A DNA stretch of 64,000 bases from Octopus vulgaris (Eukaryota): the NCBI GenBank assembly GCA_951406725.2, contig OX597830.1, forward strand, positions 25,234,001 through 25,298,000. Direction: 5' to 3'. Of this stretch, positions 24,328 through 37,329 are shown piece after piece; the first letter of the stretch is position 1, and each line of letters opens with the position of its first letter. The notes beneath the pieces were generated by a model. That model worked only from the letters and a program-made list of their open reading frames with translations. It was not told the DNA's origin and did not search any database. The position numbers and the translations under genes are program-made.

Positions 24328-26093
24328 GTGAAAATTATTTTCAATTACATCGTTTCTTTTCTTTTTTTTATAATTAATATCGTTTTCTTGTAGTCATGGG
24401 GCTCTCCATCAATCAAGGTTGACCATGTATCGGCATAGCTATGTGCATACCTCAGCAAGAATTTTTTTTTTTTAAGGAAGATTAGCAGTTGCCCCTCTCT
24501 ATGCCACCAATATCTATCCAAAAGAAAGGTTGCTAACTTGGCCCAACATGACTTGGCACCAGTGTTGTTGCAGATGTTGCTGTCAGAACACAAGGAGCCA
24601 GAACAAATAGTCACGCATCTTGCTTGAACCCCTAAGTTTTACCAATAGGTACCTGAATGGGTACTTTTTCATTGACCCCACCAGAAGGATGAAAGGCACA
24701 GTTGATGCTGGTGGTATTTGAACTCAAAGCATAGAGGTTTGGAACATATATTATGAGGCATTATATCTAATATTATAACAACTCTACCACTTCAGTTTTC
24801 TTATAGCCATAGGCCTTGGATTTAAGTGAAAGTTGTGATGTTCATGCAATTTTTTCAAAGTTGTTAGAAATATGATTAATTTCCTGTTATAGATATTTCA
24901 ACAGAGATTACAGATTCTATGGAAGCTTGACTCAGTTCTATAGAATTTGTGATAATACCAGTAATACAGTGGCTTATTCCAATCAGCTATATTCTTCCTA
25001 TAGTGCAGGTGCATGGCTTAGTGGTTAGGGTGTTGGACTCATGATCGTAAGATTGTGGTTTTGATTCCTGGACTGGATGTGTTGTGTTCTTGAGCAAAAC
25101 ACTTCATTTCATGTTGCTCCAGTTCACTCAGTTGTACAAATGAGTACCACTAGTGGAGGCACGTCGCTTAGTGGTTAAGGTGTTGGATTCAAAACCATAA
25201 GATTATAGTTTCAATCCCTGGACCAGGTGATCCATTGTGTTCTTGAGCAAAACACTTCATTTCATGTTGCTCCAGTCCACAAGCCCCAAAATGTTGGTTG
25301 TGGGGGCCAGTCAATTAGATCGACTCCAGTACACAACTGGTACTTTATTTATTGACCCCGAAAGGATGAAAGGCAAGTCGAGCTCAGCACAATTTGAACT
25401 CAGAACATAAAGAGAAACAAAATACCTATTTCTTTACTACCCACAAGAGGCTAAACACAGAGGAGACAAACGGTTTAAGTCGATTACATCAACCCCAGTG
25501 CATAACTGGTACTTAATTTATCGACCCCGAAATGATGAAAGGCAAAGTTGACCTCGGCAGAATTTGAACTCAGAACGTAACAGCCTGGTGTGCTAATGTT
25601 CCTGCCAGCTCACCACTTTAGAATCAGAATTATTATTGCAAGGTATCCTACCCAATGCTGGTAGTTCTGCATTTTTTACCTAGTATATTTATTCATAGGC
25701 ACAGGAGTAGCTATGTGGTAAGAAGTTTGCTTCTCAACCACATGGTTCTGGGTTCAGTCCCCGACTGTGTGCCACCTTAGGCAAATGTCTTCTACTGTAG
25801 CCTTGTGAGTGCATTTAGTACATGAGCATTAAAAGAACCTTGTGTATCTATGTATATACATGTTTGTCTTTGTGTCTGTCCCCTCAACACCACATGGCAA
25901 CCAATTTTGGTGTGTTTACATCCCCATAACTTAGCAGTTCAACAAAAAAATAGTACTGGGTTGATTCAGTCAACTAAAATTCTTCAAGGTGTTGCACCAG
26001 CATGGCCACAGTCTAATGACTAAAACAAGTAAAAAAAGTTAATTAGTTTTTTTACTAACATAGTAATTTTGAACATCTATTTTTATATTTCAG

Positions 26094-26218
26094 ATTATGG
26101 TATCCTGACTAATAAGACGACAACATTCATCAATGCTTCAAGCTGTTCAATAAACTACTGCCTTACAAATCCACCCATTGTCTTTGATCTCCCCTTATAC
26201 AATTCTGAGGCATCTTAA
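26094..26218 (+). CDS. MPPED: MPPED last coding exon (YGILTNKTTTFINASSC...NPPIVFDLP...stop)
   Basis: Conserved FINAS.C and NPPIVFDLP. Branch point TACTAAC at 26053-26059, acceptor tttcAG, TAA at 26216-26218. Confidence 0.93.
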
Positions 26219-26447
26219 CATTACAGAAAACGCTTACATTTCCACTCCTTTTTCTTTCAATTCATATATTTACTTAATGTTAAACGTTTTTGTTGAGATT
26301 TTTGTTAAACTGTTTTATATTCAATTTTTCCAATTTGCAAGTCAGATTGTAAACAAATCCAGACATTTGCATTAATTTTTGAGAGCAAATGTTTCATAAC
26401 CAGTTGTCAGGTGAGAAAACAAATAAGAAAAACCAGTATTATTTAGT

Positions 26448-26638
26448 TTAACCCTTCAATGTTTAAACCTGTTTTATGTTCCAACTGGCCAGATCTAGCT
26501 TATACCAACAATATCATTCAGAATATAGACTGTTACATCATCAAAATGTCAAAGCAACAGGATAATACACGATTAATTGAAAATGATGTGAATAGATAAG
26601 CATTACATTTGACAGTAAACTGAATGCTGAAGGGTTAA
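26448..26638. mobile_element. piggyBac-like MITE (~190-220 bp family; other copies ~18160-18880, 35645-35857, 43545-43980, 43977-44380, 45030-45200, 46337-46563)
   Basis: TTAA|CCCT...AGGG|TTAA ends and a shared internal sequence (gtgaataaataagcattacatttga). Confidence 0.78.
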
Positions 26639-26667
26639 ACAATCAACATGATTTTGTTGTGTTTACA

Positions 26668-26979
26668 GAGAGTCATTATGCCAATATAATTAACACACAC
26701 TGGTTCAATTCCACTCATTTATAATTAGTCAATTGTTTTGTTTTTTGTTTGTCAAAGCTCTTTCATTGCTGCTTGCAACCTTTTCAATGACTACCGACTT
26801 AATCCGTTATAGAGGCTGTATTTGTTTGAGATCTTGCTAGTGTATTGGAAAGGTTGCAAATACTAATGGAAGAGCTTTGACAAACAAAAACAAAATAATC
26901 AGATATTTAACCAACTGATTAATAATAAATGAGTGGAATCGAACTAATGTGTGTTAATTATATTGGCATAATGGCTCTC
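26668..26979. mobile_element. Fold-back element with ~115-bp imperfect inverted arms
   Basis: gagagtcattatgccaatataattaacacac...tgtgtgttaattatattggcataatggctctc, with inner arms tttgtcaaagctctt / aagagctttgacaaa. Confidence 0.8.
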
Positions 26980-29900
26980 CCATGACACAAAATTTATTTC
27001 AACACACAAATTCACATAAAGAATCTTGCAAACCAGATACAAAAACGAAACCAACATGGTACATTACCAGTAATGCAGTTTCCATCAAGAGTTATAAAAC
27101 TGTTATATCAGTAGAAAGTAGCATTATATTTCATGAATTGTTTGTTACTTATAAACATTATAGTTATCTTTGGAACAAACATAAGTAGGTAACGGCTGTG
27201 AGGTTAAAACTTTGCATTGCAACTGCATAATGGTTCCAAGACTGATCTCAATGTGTGGCACTTTCGACAAGTCTCCTACTGTAGCCTCAGGTTAATCAAA
27301 GCCTTGAGGCTGGAATTTAGTTATGTGGCAATTGTGCAAAAGCCTTTTGAGAATGTGTGTATATGTGAGATAGGTGCAGATGCGACTGTTTGGGAAGAAG
27401 TTTGCTTCTGAATTACATGGTTTGGGGTTTAGTCCCATTGCATGGCACCTTGATTAAGAGTCTTCTACTATAGCCCTGAGCTGACCAAAGCCTTGTGAGT
27501 GGATTTAGTAGATGGAAAGTGAAAGAAGTCTTGTGTATGTGTGTGTTACTGTGCCCTTGCCATGACTTTGTTTTGATAGCTATAAACTAGTGCCTCCATC
27601 ATACAAGAAATGTCCTTTGTTTCCAATCTTCTATGAAAACATGTTTGGTCATGGAGGAATATTACCTTACTTGAAAACGGGTGAGGAAGAGCATCCAGCT
27701 GTAAAAAAAAATCTGCTTTAAAAATTCCATCCAACCCATGCGAGCATGGAAAAGTGGGTGTTAAAACAATGATGGTATATATATATATATGAGAGAGATA
27801 AAAAAAATAATGTACCTCTTTTATTGATGCTTAACCTTTTTGTTACCATATTTTTGCTGAAATACACTGCCTGTTTTTAATTGATTTTCACAATAAAGAA
27901 TTTAATAAAATTGCTTTGTCATTATTAAGCTGGTGTTTGGAACATATAATTATCACAAGATTTTGATGGAGGTTTTAATGTAGATTACTTTGAAACAGCA
28001 AGTTTTTCATCATAGAGCCAGACCAAAAATAAAAAAATTTAAAAAAAGCGGTGCTTATAAATATGACTAATGTGTAATTTTTGACATTTGTAAAGGCATT
28101 ACCTTGTCATTTTCACCATCAGAAATGCAATAAACCAGTTATTAGCTCATTGGAAATTAAAGATGCTATGTTGCACCAGTTAGGATAGAAAATGTAATTA
28201 AAATAAACTTCCAAATTCCCAAGTTTAACATTATTACATTCAATAATTCAATGTCAACTATTCATAGCTTAACCACATATGGCTAAAGTGTTAATTTTGC
28301 AACCATGAGATTCCAGGTTCACTCCTCCTGCCTGGCACTTTGTGTGTAATATTTGAATAAAGTATTAGTGATTGAGTAGCTGTAAATTTTAAGTAAGCTG
28401 CAGATGGTAATATAGAATTGTACTCATAAGCTTGTTCCTAATATAGCTAAAACTAGATCATTACAATGCCTCATTTTAGGCTTCTTGTAGCAGTCCATGT
28501 TCAGCATAAAAAAAGACCAGTGTTAGCTTTGAATTAATCCAACTATTTGTCTCTCTGGTTCTCCCAGTTCAGATTTACTTCCTACTTTGCTAATCATTGT
28601 TGCAATTTCTGTGATAGGTTGAGAGCAATAATAAACCAGAAATTGCATAGGAAATTGTATTTTATATTTCAAATTATTTTATTTTATTTCAATTCACAAT
28701 ATGTTGAGCAAGTGGTACCAACACAAAGGTTCAAAATTGACATTTTTTTTATTTATTAATTTTTTTGGTTAAATTCCAGTTGTCATTAATATGCCTGCCT
28801 TTTGTTTATAATGACAAAGCAGTTGATTGTCACTTCAAGTTAAATCAGACCTAATACAAACATTACCAGACTAGCTGTAGGGGAAGAATATTTTTTTAAC
28901 ACATTTAGCAACAGCAACTGCAGTTTGTGATACAAAAACTCAAGTTTCTACATAAAAAATATGAGGGGTTTTCCATTTTTAGACAAATACAGAGCAATTA
29001 TAAACAATACCATGTTGATTTTGTCAACAGATTTTTTTTATTCAATGGAATCAATAGTTGTGTGAAAATTTAAATAATTCAGCCAGACTGAAAAGTAAAA
29101 ATAATTTGGAATGACTTAGCTATCAAATCTGTATAAAATATTAAATTACAACCATGGAAAGAAACATTTAGAGCTACCATACATTTTAAAAAAATAGTTC
29201 TCTATGTTGGCTGTAACATACATCAATGAAGTTCTACTAAAAATATATAGAAAACTTCACTATGTAAAGTTGAAGACTACTTTCTGTAAACTCCCAATCA
29301 GCCATCATATGGAATTGCTCTGGGTTTTAATAATTGTCTTATGCATGAAATAAGGTTAGAATTAATGTGCAGTTGGAAATATTTCTACAGATAAAATGAC
29401 AATTTATGATAAAACTGTTCAAAATGAAATACTGTTTATATAGAACAGTATTTTTCAAAGCTCTATGTTCAAGAAAATGAAGGGAGGTAATTTGGTCGTT
29501 GGGTAAATACCAGAATTTCCTAAACAAGAGATTACAAGCTGAGTTACATTTTTATAAATTCATTTTTAAAAAATTTTATTTAAAGCTTTGTTGCTGACCA
29601 ACAAATAACATACTAAACTAACAACACTTTTTTTTTTAAAGAAAACTTATAATTTAAAATGAAATGAAAATATATTATTTGAATTTTTAATAAATAAATT
29701 TGGAGAGAAGAGTAAGTTTTATATGACAGCTTAACAGAGAGTCTGTGATGTCTGGGTCAGAGGCACCATTCATTCAGATTTATTGGGATATAAAAATTAA
29801 GATGGGAGCATATGTTAGCTTTCTAATTGAAATTGGTTCCAGTATTAGAAAAATAAATGCCTAATGTTTAACTAAAACTGTTTATCTAATGATTGATTGA

Positions 29901-31288
29901 AAACAAATCTTTTAAAAAACAAAAGACAAAACATCCAGATATGTAGCAATGAATAAATTCTGTTTCCATACCGGAAGCATGTAATACTTATGTTGCTTTC
30001 TTTTTTTTTTTATTTTAAAGGCCTCTGTTGGTACATGGAAGTCCCGATTAATGAATATAAAATGGACAATTAGGAAATAAGGTTAAAAGACATGTAACAA
30101 AAAAATTAAGACTCATACAAAGTATATGAGCAAAAGAATTGTTGCCCAAATAACAAGAAATGTTTTTGACATTAACAACAAAATGCGCTAGTTTTGTTTA
30201 ACCTGAATCTCCTCTTATGCAACTGTTTTACATGTGTAAGGGGCTGCACAGTTGCTCTGGAACTGAAATGTGAAATGCTATTAATGGGACATTCACTGCA
30301 ATAAAATCATACGCTTCCTCATTTCATATCAATGGTAGAGAAAACAGAAAGTCTGGCATGTTATTTTATAAATAAATAAATAAATAATTCAGTGAATTCC
30401 TGCAATAGAAACAGAGTATCCATATTTTATGATTGGGTTCAGTCACAATTGCAAAGAAAGTAAATGATTGATGTATGGAGTATGGAATTTTCCTCTTAGC
30501 TTGGCCATAAATTTATTAAATGGGGAAAGATCCAGAAACAGCATACAGCAGTGAAGCCCTATCCCACAAATATAGGGTCTTTAAATTCAAACTCAAAAGA
30601 AGAATTTAGTTCAGATGTGAGAGGAAGAATAGAGAGCTATATGAAATATCTGATGAAGAAATAAGTGAATTGTGTTTTAAAGCTTTGTGTAGCCTACAAA
30701 CAATATTTAAAAATCTAACCAAACTTTTTGTTGAAAACTTTTGGAAATTTAAAGAAAATTAAGTTTTAAAACTTGGAAACCTTTGCTTTGTAGCTTTAAA
30801 TATTTCAAGTAGTCTGAAGTGTTTGTATTTTAATTAGTAATTCTGAAATCATGCCTAGCAAGGTAGCCAAAACATTTTAGCTTCTAGAAAAAATATACTT
30901 ATCCCAATAGTCTAAATGGAAGAACATGAATCCTGGAAGAAAACTATTTGGCTAGATTATTAGAATTCACTATTCATTCTAAAGAATAATTAACCTGAAA
31001 TAAAATAGCTCTCTTGTAAAAGCACTAAACAATTTTTTTTTCTTGAAATCAAGATAGACACAGGATATTTTCACAGAGCTACAGACAAATGAATGACAAA
31101 AATTTATGTAAATTTCCACTGTCTGTTAACAAAGCAACTGTGGTAAGTGATTGATAGCTGCTCTGGTAGCTCTTAACTTGTGTCACTTATTTGTTATTAA
31201 AGTGATAGTGGTGGTGGTGGTGCTGCTGGTGGTTTCCTAAACTGTCAAATCAAGTTTTACTTCCTTCCTTAGGATGAAATGATGGAAA

Positions 31289-31456
31289 TTATTTCCAAGC
31301 AGATTCACCTTTTGGAAATTCTCTTTTCATTTTGCTTAATTTCAAATTTTTCTGTTGCAATTTTTCTCGTCTTCTTGGATTGTTTCCACCTATTGAAGTG
31401 AATTCGACATTTATTTGTCTCCCATTCAGATGAGTATGATGCAGACGCAAACCAAT
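31289..31456 (-). CDS. Nop6-like RRM gene, last exon (IGLRLHHTHLNGRQINVEFTSIGGNNPRRREKLQQKNLKL...stop)
   Basis: Completes the RRM with a Nop6/C365.04c-type tail (LHH..L.GR.INVE.T..GG...R.EKL..KN.KL). Acceptor tttcttccAG, TAA at 31291-31289. Confidence 0.9.
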   Translation of the reverse strand: MGLRLHHTHLNGRQINVEFTSIGGNNPRRREKLQQKNLKLSKMKREFPKGESAWK

Positions 31457-32517
31457 CTGGAAGAAATTTGCAAAAAAGTTAATACAATTCCAAATATAAT
31501 AAAAACTTATTTCCTATTTACTTTTTCAGACTTGGATTCCCATATAGACTAATAAATGTTAAATTCGATAAGAACTAGGTAAAGATGTTGCATTAAATAC
31601 CATCTGTGATGAAGGCAGTGAGTTGGTAGTCATTAGCAGGATGCTTTGCAGTATTCCTTCTGGCTCTCACACCACCCTAAGTTAAATCCTGGAAGATCCA
31701 GCTTTTTCTTTCATCCTTTTGAGGTCAATAAATAAAGTATCAGTCATGTGTTGGGTTGATTTCTTTTTTCTCTATGAAGAAATATGTTATGTTCAGACCT
31801 AGATAGGGGTTGAACTGTACTAAGTTACGAAAATGCCCTATACATAACAGCACCACTACAAACCAATCAGGAATTAAGGGTCCCAGCCTAATTAATGATG
31901 CAAATTTATTAAATATAGAGCACTTTCTGAAGGATTGATGGTTTAGCAAAAGAGGAAAAATTGACTGACAGGATTTTAATTTCAGAGAGCTGGAACAAAT
32001 ATTGCATAATGTTCTATTCAACTTACTGCCATCATCACTGGTAATATTTAGTGCAAAATCTCAATCTGGTTTTAATCTAATCTAACAAGAACATCTAGCT
32101 GACTGCATTAGGTAGTTGGAGAGCAGCATAACTGATGAAAATGTTATAAACTAAAAGCTCTGAAGACAACAAATGAATAAAATTGATGACCATTTGGAGT
32201 ACCAACTTAGAATTAGAGATATTTACAACTGGTTGTAATGATAATCACACAAACATAAAATGATCATTAATTAGATGAAAGACATTACTATTACATGATA
32301 GTGTTTTTCAGTTAATAATTAAGAAATTACAGAACATTTAAGAATCTTTGTCATGTTAATCAAAAACAATACTACAATGCAGCTACAGGCTATAATTATT
32401 AATAATAAAACTGCTATGTAACTACACATATTGCCAATAATACTATTGGTCTCTAACAAACATAAAAAATTAAATTGACCAGCACTTACATATCCTGAAA
32501 GAATTAAAGACGAAGTA

Positions 32518-32734
32518 CGAGGGGGTGCTGAAAAGTTACGGACTTTGGGTTTAAAAACATACAAGAGGATCAGTTAATTATGATTTTATTCAAAATATTC
32601 CACTCTCAGATTCATACAATTATTGCATCAGTCCTTCAGTTTTTCTAAACCCTGCAAAAAAACTCATCAAGCTAGGCCCCCAACCAGGTCTATCACAAAA
32701 CCCTTAAAGCCAGGAACTTTTCAGCACCCTTTTG
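32518..32734. mobile_element. mariner-type MITE
   Basis: TA|CGAGGGGGTGCTGAAAAGTT...AACTTTTCAGCACCCTTTTG|TA. Confidence 0.75.
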
Positions 32735-33299
32735 TAATTCCTGATGGGATTTGAAATCAGAATGTAAAAGCACTCTATCAATTCTATAATTAACCATCCC
32801 TACCATTGATGGTAATATTCATTTTATTTATACTAATATTCATTTCTTTTCACTTGCCAAGTATTTGAAGGGATTGGATTATTACTAATATTTATTTTAG
32901 AAATCGTCCAGGACAAATTAAAGTCAGGTAGGATCTGAACTTAAAACTGGAAAGGTATCCATTTAAATTAAAAAAACAGAACTCCAATTTCTGTAGTAAC
33001 ACTAACGGCATTAATTGTAATGTCAGTATTATGCATACTAAAGCCCCTTGTCACCTACCATGAAGCAATCTCACCAATGGCTCTTCTTTTTAGCAAATTA
33101 GTGTCATTTTTGCCAGTCAGAGGATGAGACCAGTAAGGTAGCAGAGGAAATGTTACCTTTTGCAGGTAATTAATTACCCTAGTTCTGGTGGTGTGAGTAT
33201 ATTCCTAACAAAGAAGTGAAGAGATGACAAAAAACTAGATGGAAGAAAAAAAATAATAACAGAGAAGTTGTAGACACATGACGTTTATAATCTCTACAA

Positions 33300-34330
33300 G
33301 TGAAACTGAAAGATATGTAAAAGGAAAACCTTCCTTATGAAAACTTTCTCAAAGAGGGCAAATGAAAACTTTCCTAAGAAGAAAAAATCTTGCCCACCAG
33401 GGACAATGGATATGGTGGAACCAGTCACCCATGGGAGGAGCTGGTTAAGGGATATAGCCCTTCTTACTGCATGTTGTTGCTGACCTCTTGCCAACCGCAA
33501 ATAACCTTAAAATGTGGAGCAAAGAAAACCCATCCCGCAAGCAGTGTAGAGCAACTCTTTGCATCTCGGACTACATTTTGATCAGATGCCCCAGGGCATT
33601 TGGAAAGGCCAACACTAGTGAAAAAGTGACAAGGTTCTTAAAGAAATCATCAAGTGGACTGATCTGCGAAGGGTGTAAACTAACAAATGACAGCCCCTAT
33701 TCCCCAAGGGTATCAGAATCTTAAGGGAAGGTAACAAGGCTCCTAAGACAAAAGCTATGGTAGGGGACCTATTTTCTATTTTACAATGAGCTTCAGATTA
33801 TGAGATGCAAGTGGGCCTGAGGGGCAAACTTGTCTTCTCAGAGGAGATAGCAGTAATATCACTCAGAATGGACCTGCCCCTGCTCTCCAATCAATGATCA
33901 TAGTCAAGTTTACAGTGCTCTGGAGGGACAGGCTCAATATTTCACATCAGCTAAAAGCAAAAAACACGAATACCAGGACTTGATTGCTGAGGTCCTTGTC
34001 AAGGGATGGCATGTGGCTTCATTCTCTATAGAAGCCAGACTGCAACAACTTTCCAACTAAATCAGTGCACTATTTCCAGCAGAAGATTGGTCTGGAATCA
34101 AAGCAACTAATGAAAGCCAGCAAGTCACAGTAGCTGAAAACACTTGTAGGTGACTACAGTTGATAAGAGACTGCAAATGGAACCTTTCCATGAGTAAAGA
34201 TTAATTCGGTCCTTGCTGTCCTATTCAGTCAAACCATACAGGTGAAGTATATAGGCTAAGGAGTAAAATGCTTGTGACCCTGAGTTACCTGCTCATGATA
34301 CTGAAGGGTTTCCAACATTGGATGGATTTA
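33300..34330 (+). mobile_element. Degraded Hero/R2-type (RLE) non-LTR retrotransposon 3' part
   Basis: Remnants LPT..NLKMW.KENP..C....YIL..CPRA (Zn finger) and a W.DRL..HQLK..K..YQDL...GW...F.IE restriction-like endonuclease region, with many frameshifts. Boundaries are approximate. Confidence 0.6.
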
Positions 34331-35331
34331 GAGTTTGCAAAACCTCCAAATAGCTCCTGCAAGTTCTGCATGAGGCAAAGCATCTCTGATATTTATTTCA
34401 ACTTGTCATGGTGGCTGGAGATTTTTGTGGTTATGTCAAAACTCACCAAGATGGATTGATTGTGTTAACAGAAAATTTGATCATCATCATTATTTCACAT
34501 CAGCTTTTTCTATGCCTGCATAGATTGGACAGATTTTTCTCTCTATTGTACAATAGTTCTTCACCTGGTGCACAAAACAACAGAGATAATTGTCAATCTC
34601 TATTTGCTGTTCATGTTATTTGTGGGCATAGTTTTTAAAGCTGGATACTTTCTCTACCATCAATCACTTTACAGCATAACTGGCTGCATTGTATCATCCT
34701 CCCATAATAAGAGAGGCTGACTTGTGGTAGGACTAAAGAATTCCCCTCTACTCTGTATCAGTTTTTATTCACAATTACTGCCCTCCATAACAAGATTCCA
34801 GCACTGTGGATTGTGGAGCTTACAACTTCATTTCATTCCTTGATTTAAGAAATATAACAAGACAAGAAAGCATGAATAATCTTATATGTAACACAAATTT
34901 CAGAAATCCAGCTAGACAACTGGTAGCTCCTGACAAACATAAAGCAAGAGTGTAGGTCAGAAGTCACTGTTATGTATTCAGTGCCCCAGGGTCTCTGCCA
35001 CACTGATACCTGTATACAGCTGGCTAGACCAAGTCATAATATGCTGCTTATGATGAAATATGAACCTTTTGGCTGGTAGACCAAACATTCTATTAAGTTA
35101 GTCAGCTGTGGTTCTGTGATAATTTACACCTAAAAGGTATTTGTAGCGACAACTATACAATCCTGAAGTGATTGTAGTATGTCAACTGAATGAAGTTTGT
35201 AGAGTAAAACATTTTCTTTCCATAACACCAGAAGCTTGTGTCTACAAAAAATGTCATTATTAACTAAAAAGATTCCTCTTCTGTTTCATAAGAATATACA
35301 AAAAAAACAAACAAACAAGAAAAAAACATAC

Positions 35332-35426
35332 CTTGTGACTAATTCTGTCTTTGAATTCAATGTAAGCAAATCCTCGAGGCTTGTTTGTGCCACGTTCTGT
35401 AGGAATTCGAACTTTTTTGACTCCTC
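35332..35426 (-). CDS. Nop6-like RRM gene, exon 4: RNP1 (RGFAYIEF)
   Basis: GGVKKVRIPTERGTNKPRGFAYIEFKDRISHK. Acceptor ttttcttttttgcAG-type tract, donor AAG|GTATG, phases 1/0. Confidence 0.93.
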
Positions 35427-36948
35427 CTGCAAAAAGAAAAAGAATTTTCAATTATTGATAAATTTACATAAACCTAATATCACAAAATTTTGTTTTGCAT
35501 TTCATATATATCAGATATTTTACATTTTCTAATTCAAACTATCTACCAATGAGTGGTCAGACTTATTAATTTCAGAAGACAGAACACCAATCTAAAAACA
35601 AAGATGTAGCAGAACCACTTTCTGTTGTTTTCTCTACAAAGATTTAACCCCTTAGCATTCAAATTATTCTGTCAAATAAGATGCTTATTCACACTGTTTT
35701 GAATTAATCATGCATTATCTAAGATTTGAGATTTTGATGTGATTGTTTATTTTTAGTATGAAATTATAGGGTAGATGCAGGGGCCAAATCTAGCCAGTTT
35801 GAACATAAAACAGATAGGATACTTTGGCTGGATATGGCCAGTCTGAATGCTAAATGGTGTAGCTACTGAAAGTCTCTGCAGAGATACAGTGCTATTGACA
35901 GAACACTAGTCATCAAACTAGCCCTGTAACCATTCCCCGATACAATTCAAGTAATATGTAAAGTAGATGTCATCCAGGCTATGAAGGGCTTTTTAGTGTC
36001 AGTTGTCTTGCTCCAGTTTAAACCATGCACAACCTAGCTTTAGAATAGATACACTATGTTTCATAAGTGATGACTAAAAAAAGTCAGAGACAGGAAAGAC
36101 ATTTGCTTGCTGAGCACTGCCTCATAAAACCCATTCACACAATGCCAGTATTTAAAAGTAGGCATAAAATAATGATGATAATGCATTGTACTAGTTTCAT
36201 GACGGGAAATAAAATAAATGACAAATATATTCTCTTCTGGATAAAACATCAGCATATTGCAGGTTGCTCTTGTTTAGTCTCAAATCAACCCTCATCAAGC
36301 AGACCTATAATCATGATCAAAGACATTCCAGTTCTGACTGTCCCATCATTTTGTATATCAGAGTCTACATTATCCAATGTTGGTCTTACCTTTTCTAAGG
36401 CAGCAGGATGTGACTGGAGGGAAATTTTGTTGCTATTTCTAATAGGTCAAGCAACCCAAGAGAGATCTTTGTTGGCTCAGGTTAACATTCAAAGCTACAG
36501 AAAATCTGCGTCAGTGAATTCCGTCTAAACCATATTAGCCTGGAAAAGTGTCTTCAATAAATATTACAGACAAATTGATGGAAGGAATGATGTTAACTGA
36601 TATGACACAATGAAAAATAGTGCTTAACTCAACTAAATGTGGCACATAAGTCAATTTACACCTTAAATACAGCAACACATCAAACTACAAAATATTAAAC
36701 TGCTGCTCATCCAGTCACATAATGTATTATGATGACATATATAACTCAGCTCACACACAGGACAGAGTCACACACCAGTGACAGCCGCTTATACACTAGT
36801 TGTTGTCATCAACACTGCCATGCTACATAAATCAATTAGCCATGCAAAACTAAATATTGTGAAACATTTCATCTTGATTTAGTCCTACAGAAAAGAATGT
36901 GAATCAGAATGACATTAACTGAACAGCTGATGTCTTCTATTTCAATAC

Positions 36949-37329
36949 CTGTTTTACGGAAGTGTTCCTCTAGCTGTTCTTTTGTAACATTGTAAGGTAG
37001 GTTACCAACAAACACAACATAGGCCTTCTTCACAGGTTTATTGTCCACAGAAAAATTCTTATCTGGTGTTACATTGTTACTGGTATCAGAGGTAGATTTC
37101 TTTGTTTTGGGTGACGGAGTTTTAGTTTTGGAAGGACTGGCTTTCTTTTCTTTGGTCTTTTTCTTTGGAGTTTTGCTACCAGCAGCTACCACTTTAGCTG
37201 CTGTTGCTGCTGCTACTGGGGGTTTCTTAGTGTGACGAGGTGATATGCGTTTCTTAGAGAGAAGCAGCTTGGACTGAAACCCACTGCTACTCTGTGATTT
37301 TATTTCCAATGTTCTTTTCGATCGCCGAA
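36949..37329 (-). CDS. Nop6-like RRM gene, exon 3: Lys/Ser/Thr-rich region plus RNP2 (VFVGNLPY)
   Basis: Basic low-complexity N-terminus with SP/TP sites, then AYVVFVGNLPYNVTKEQLEEHF. Acceptor ttcttttccttttAG, donor CAG|GTATT. Confidence 0.92.

Noticed and set aside
35040-35125. Box C-like ATGATGA as an intronic snoRNA
   Set aside because: Antisense to the host gene, with no terminal box D CTGA or stem.
36067-36528. 153-aa + strand ORF
   Set aside because: No recognisable domain or splice context. It overlaps a dispersed repeat and is antisense in an intron.
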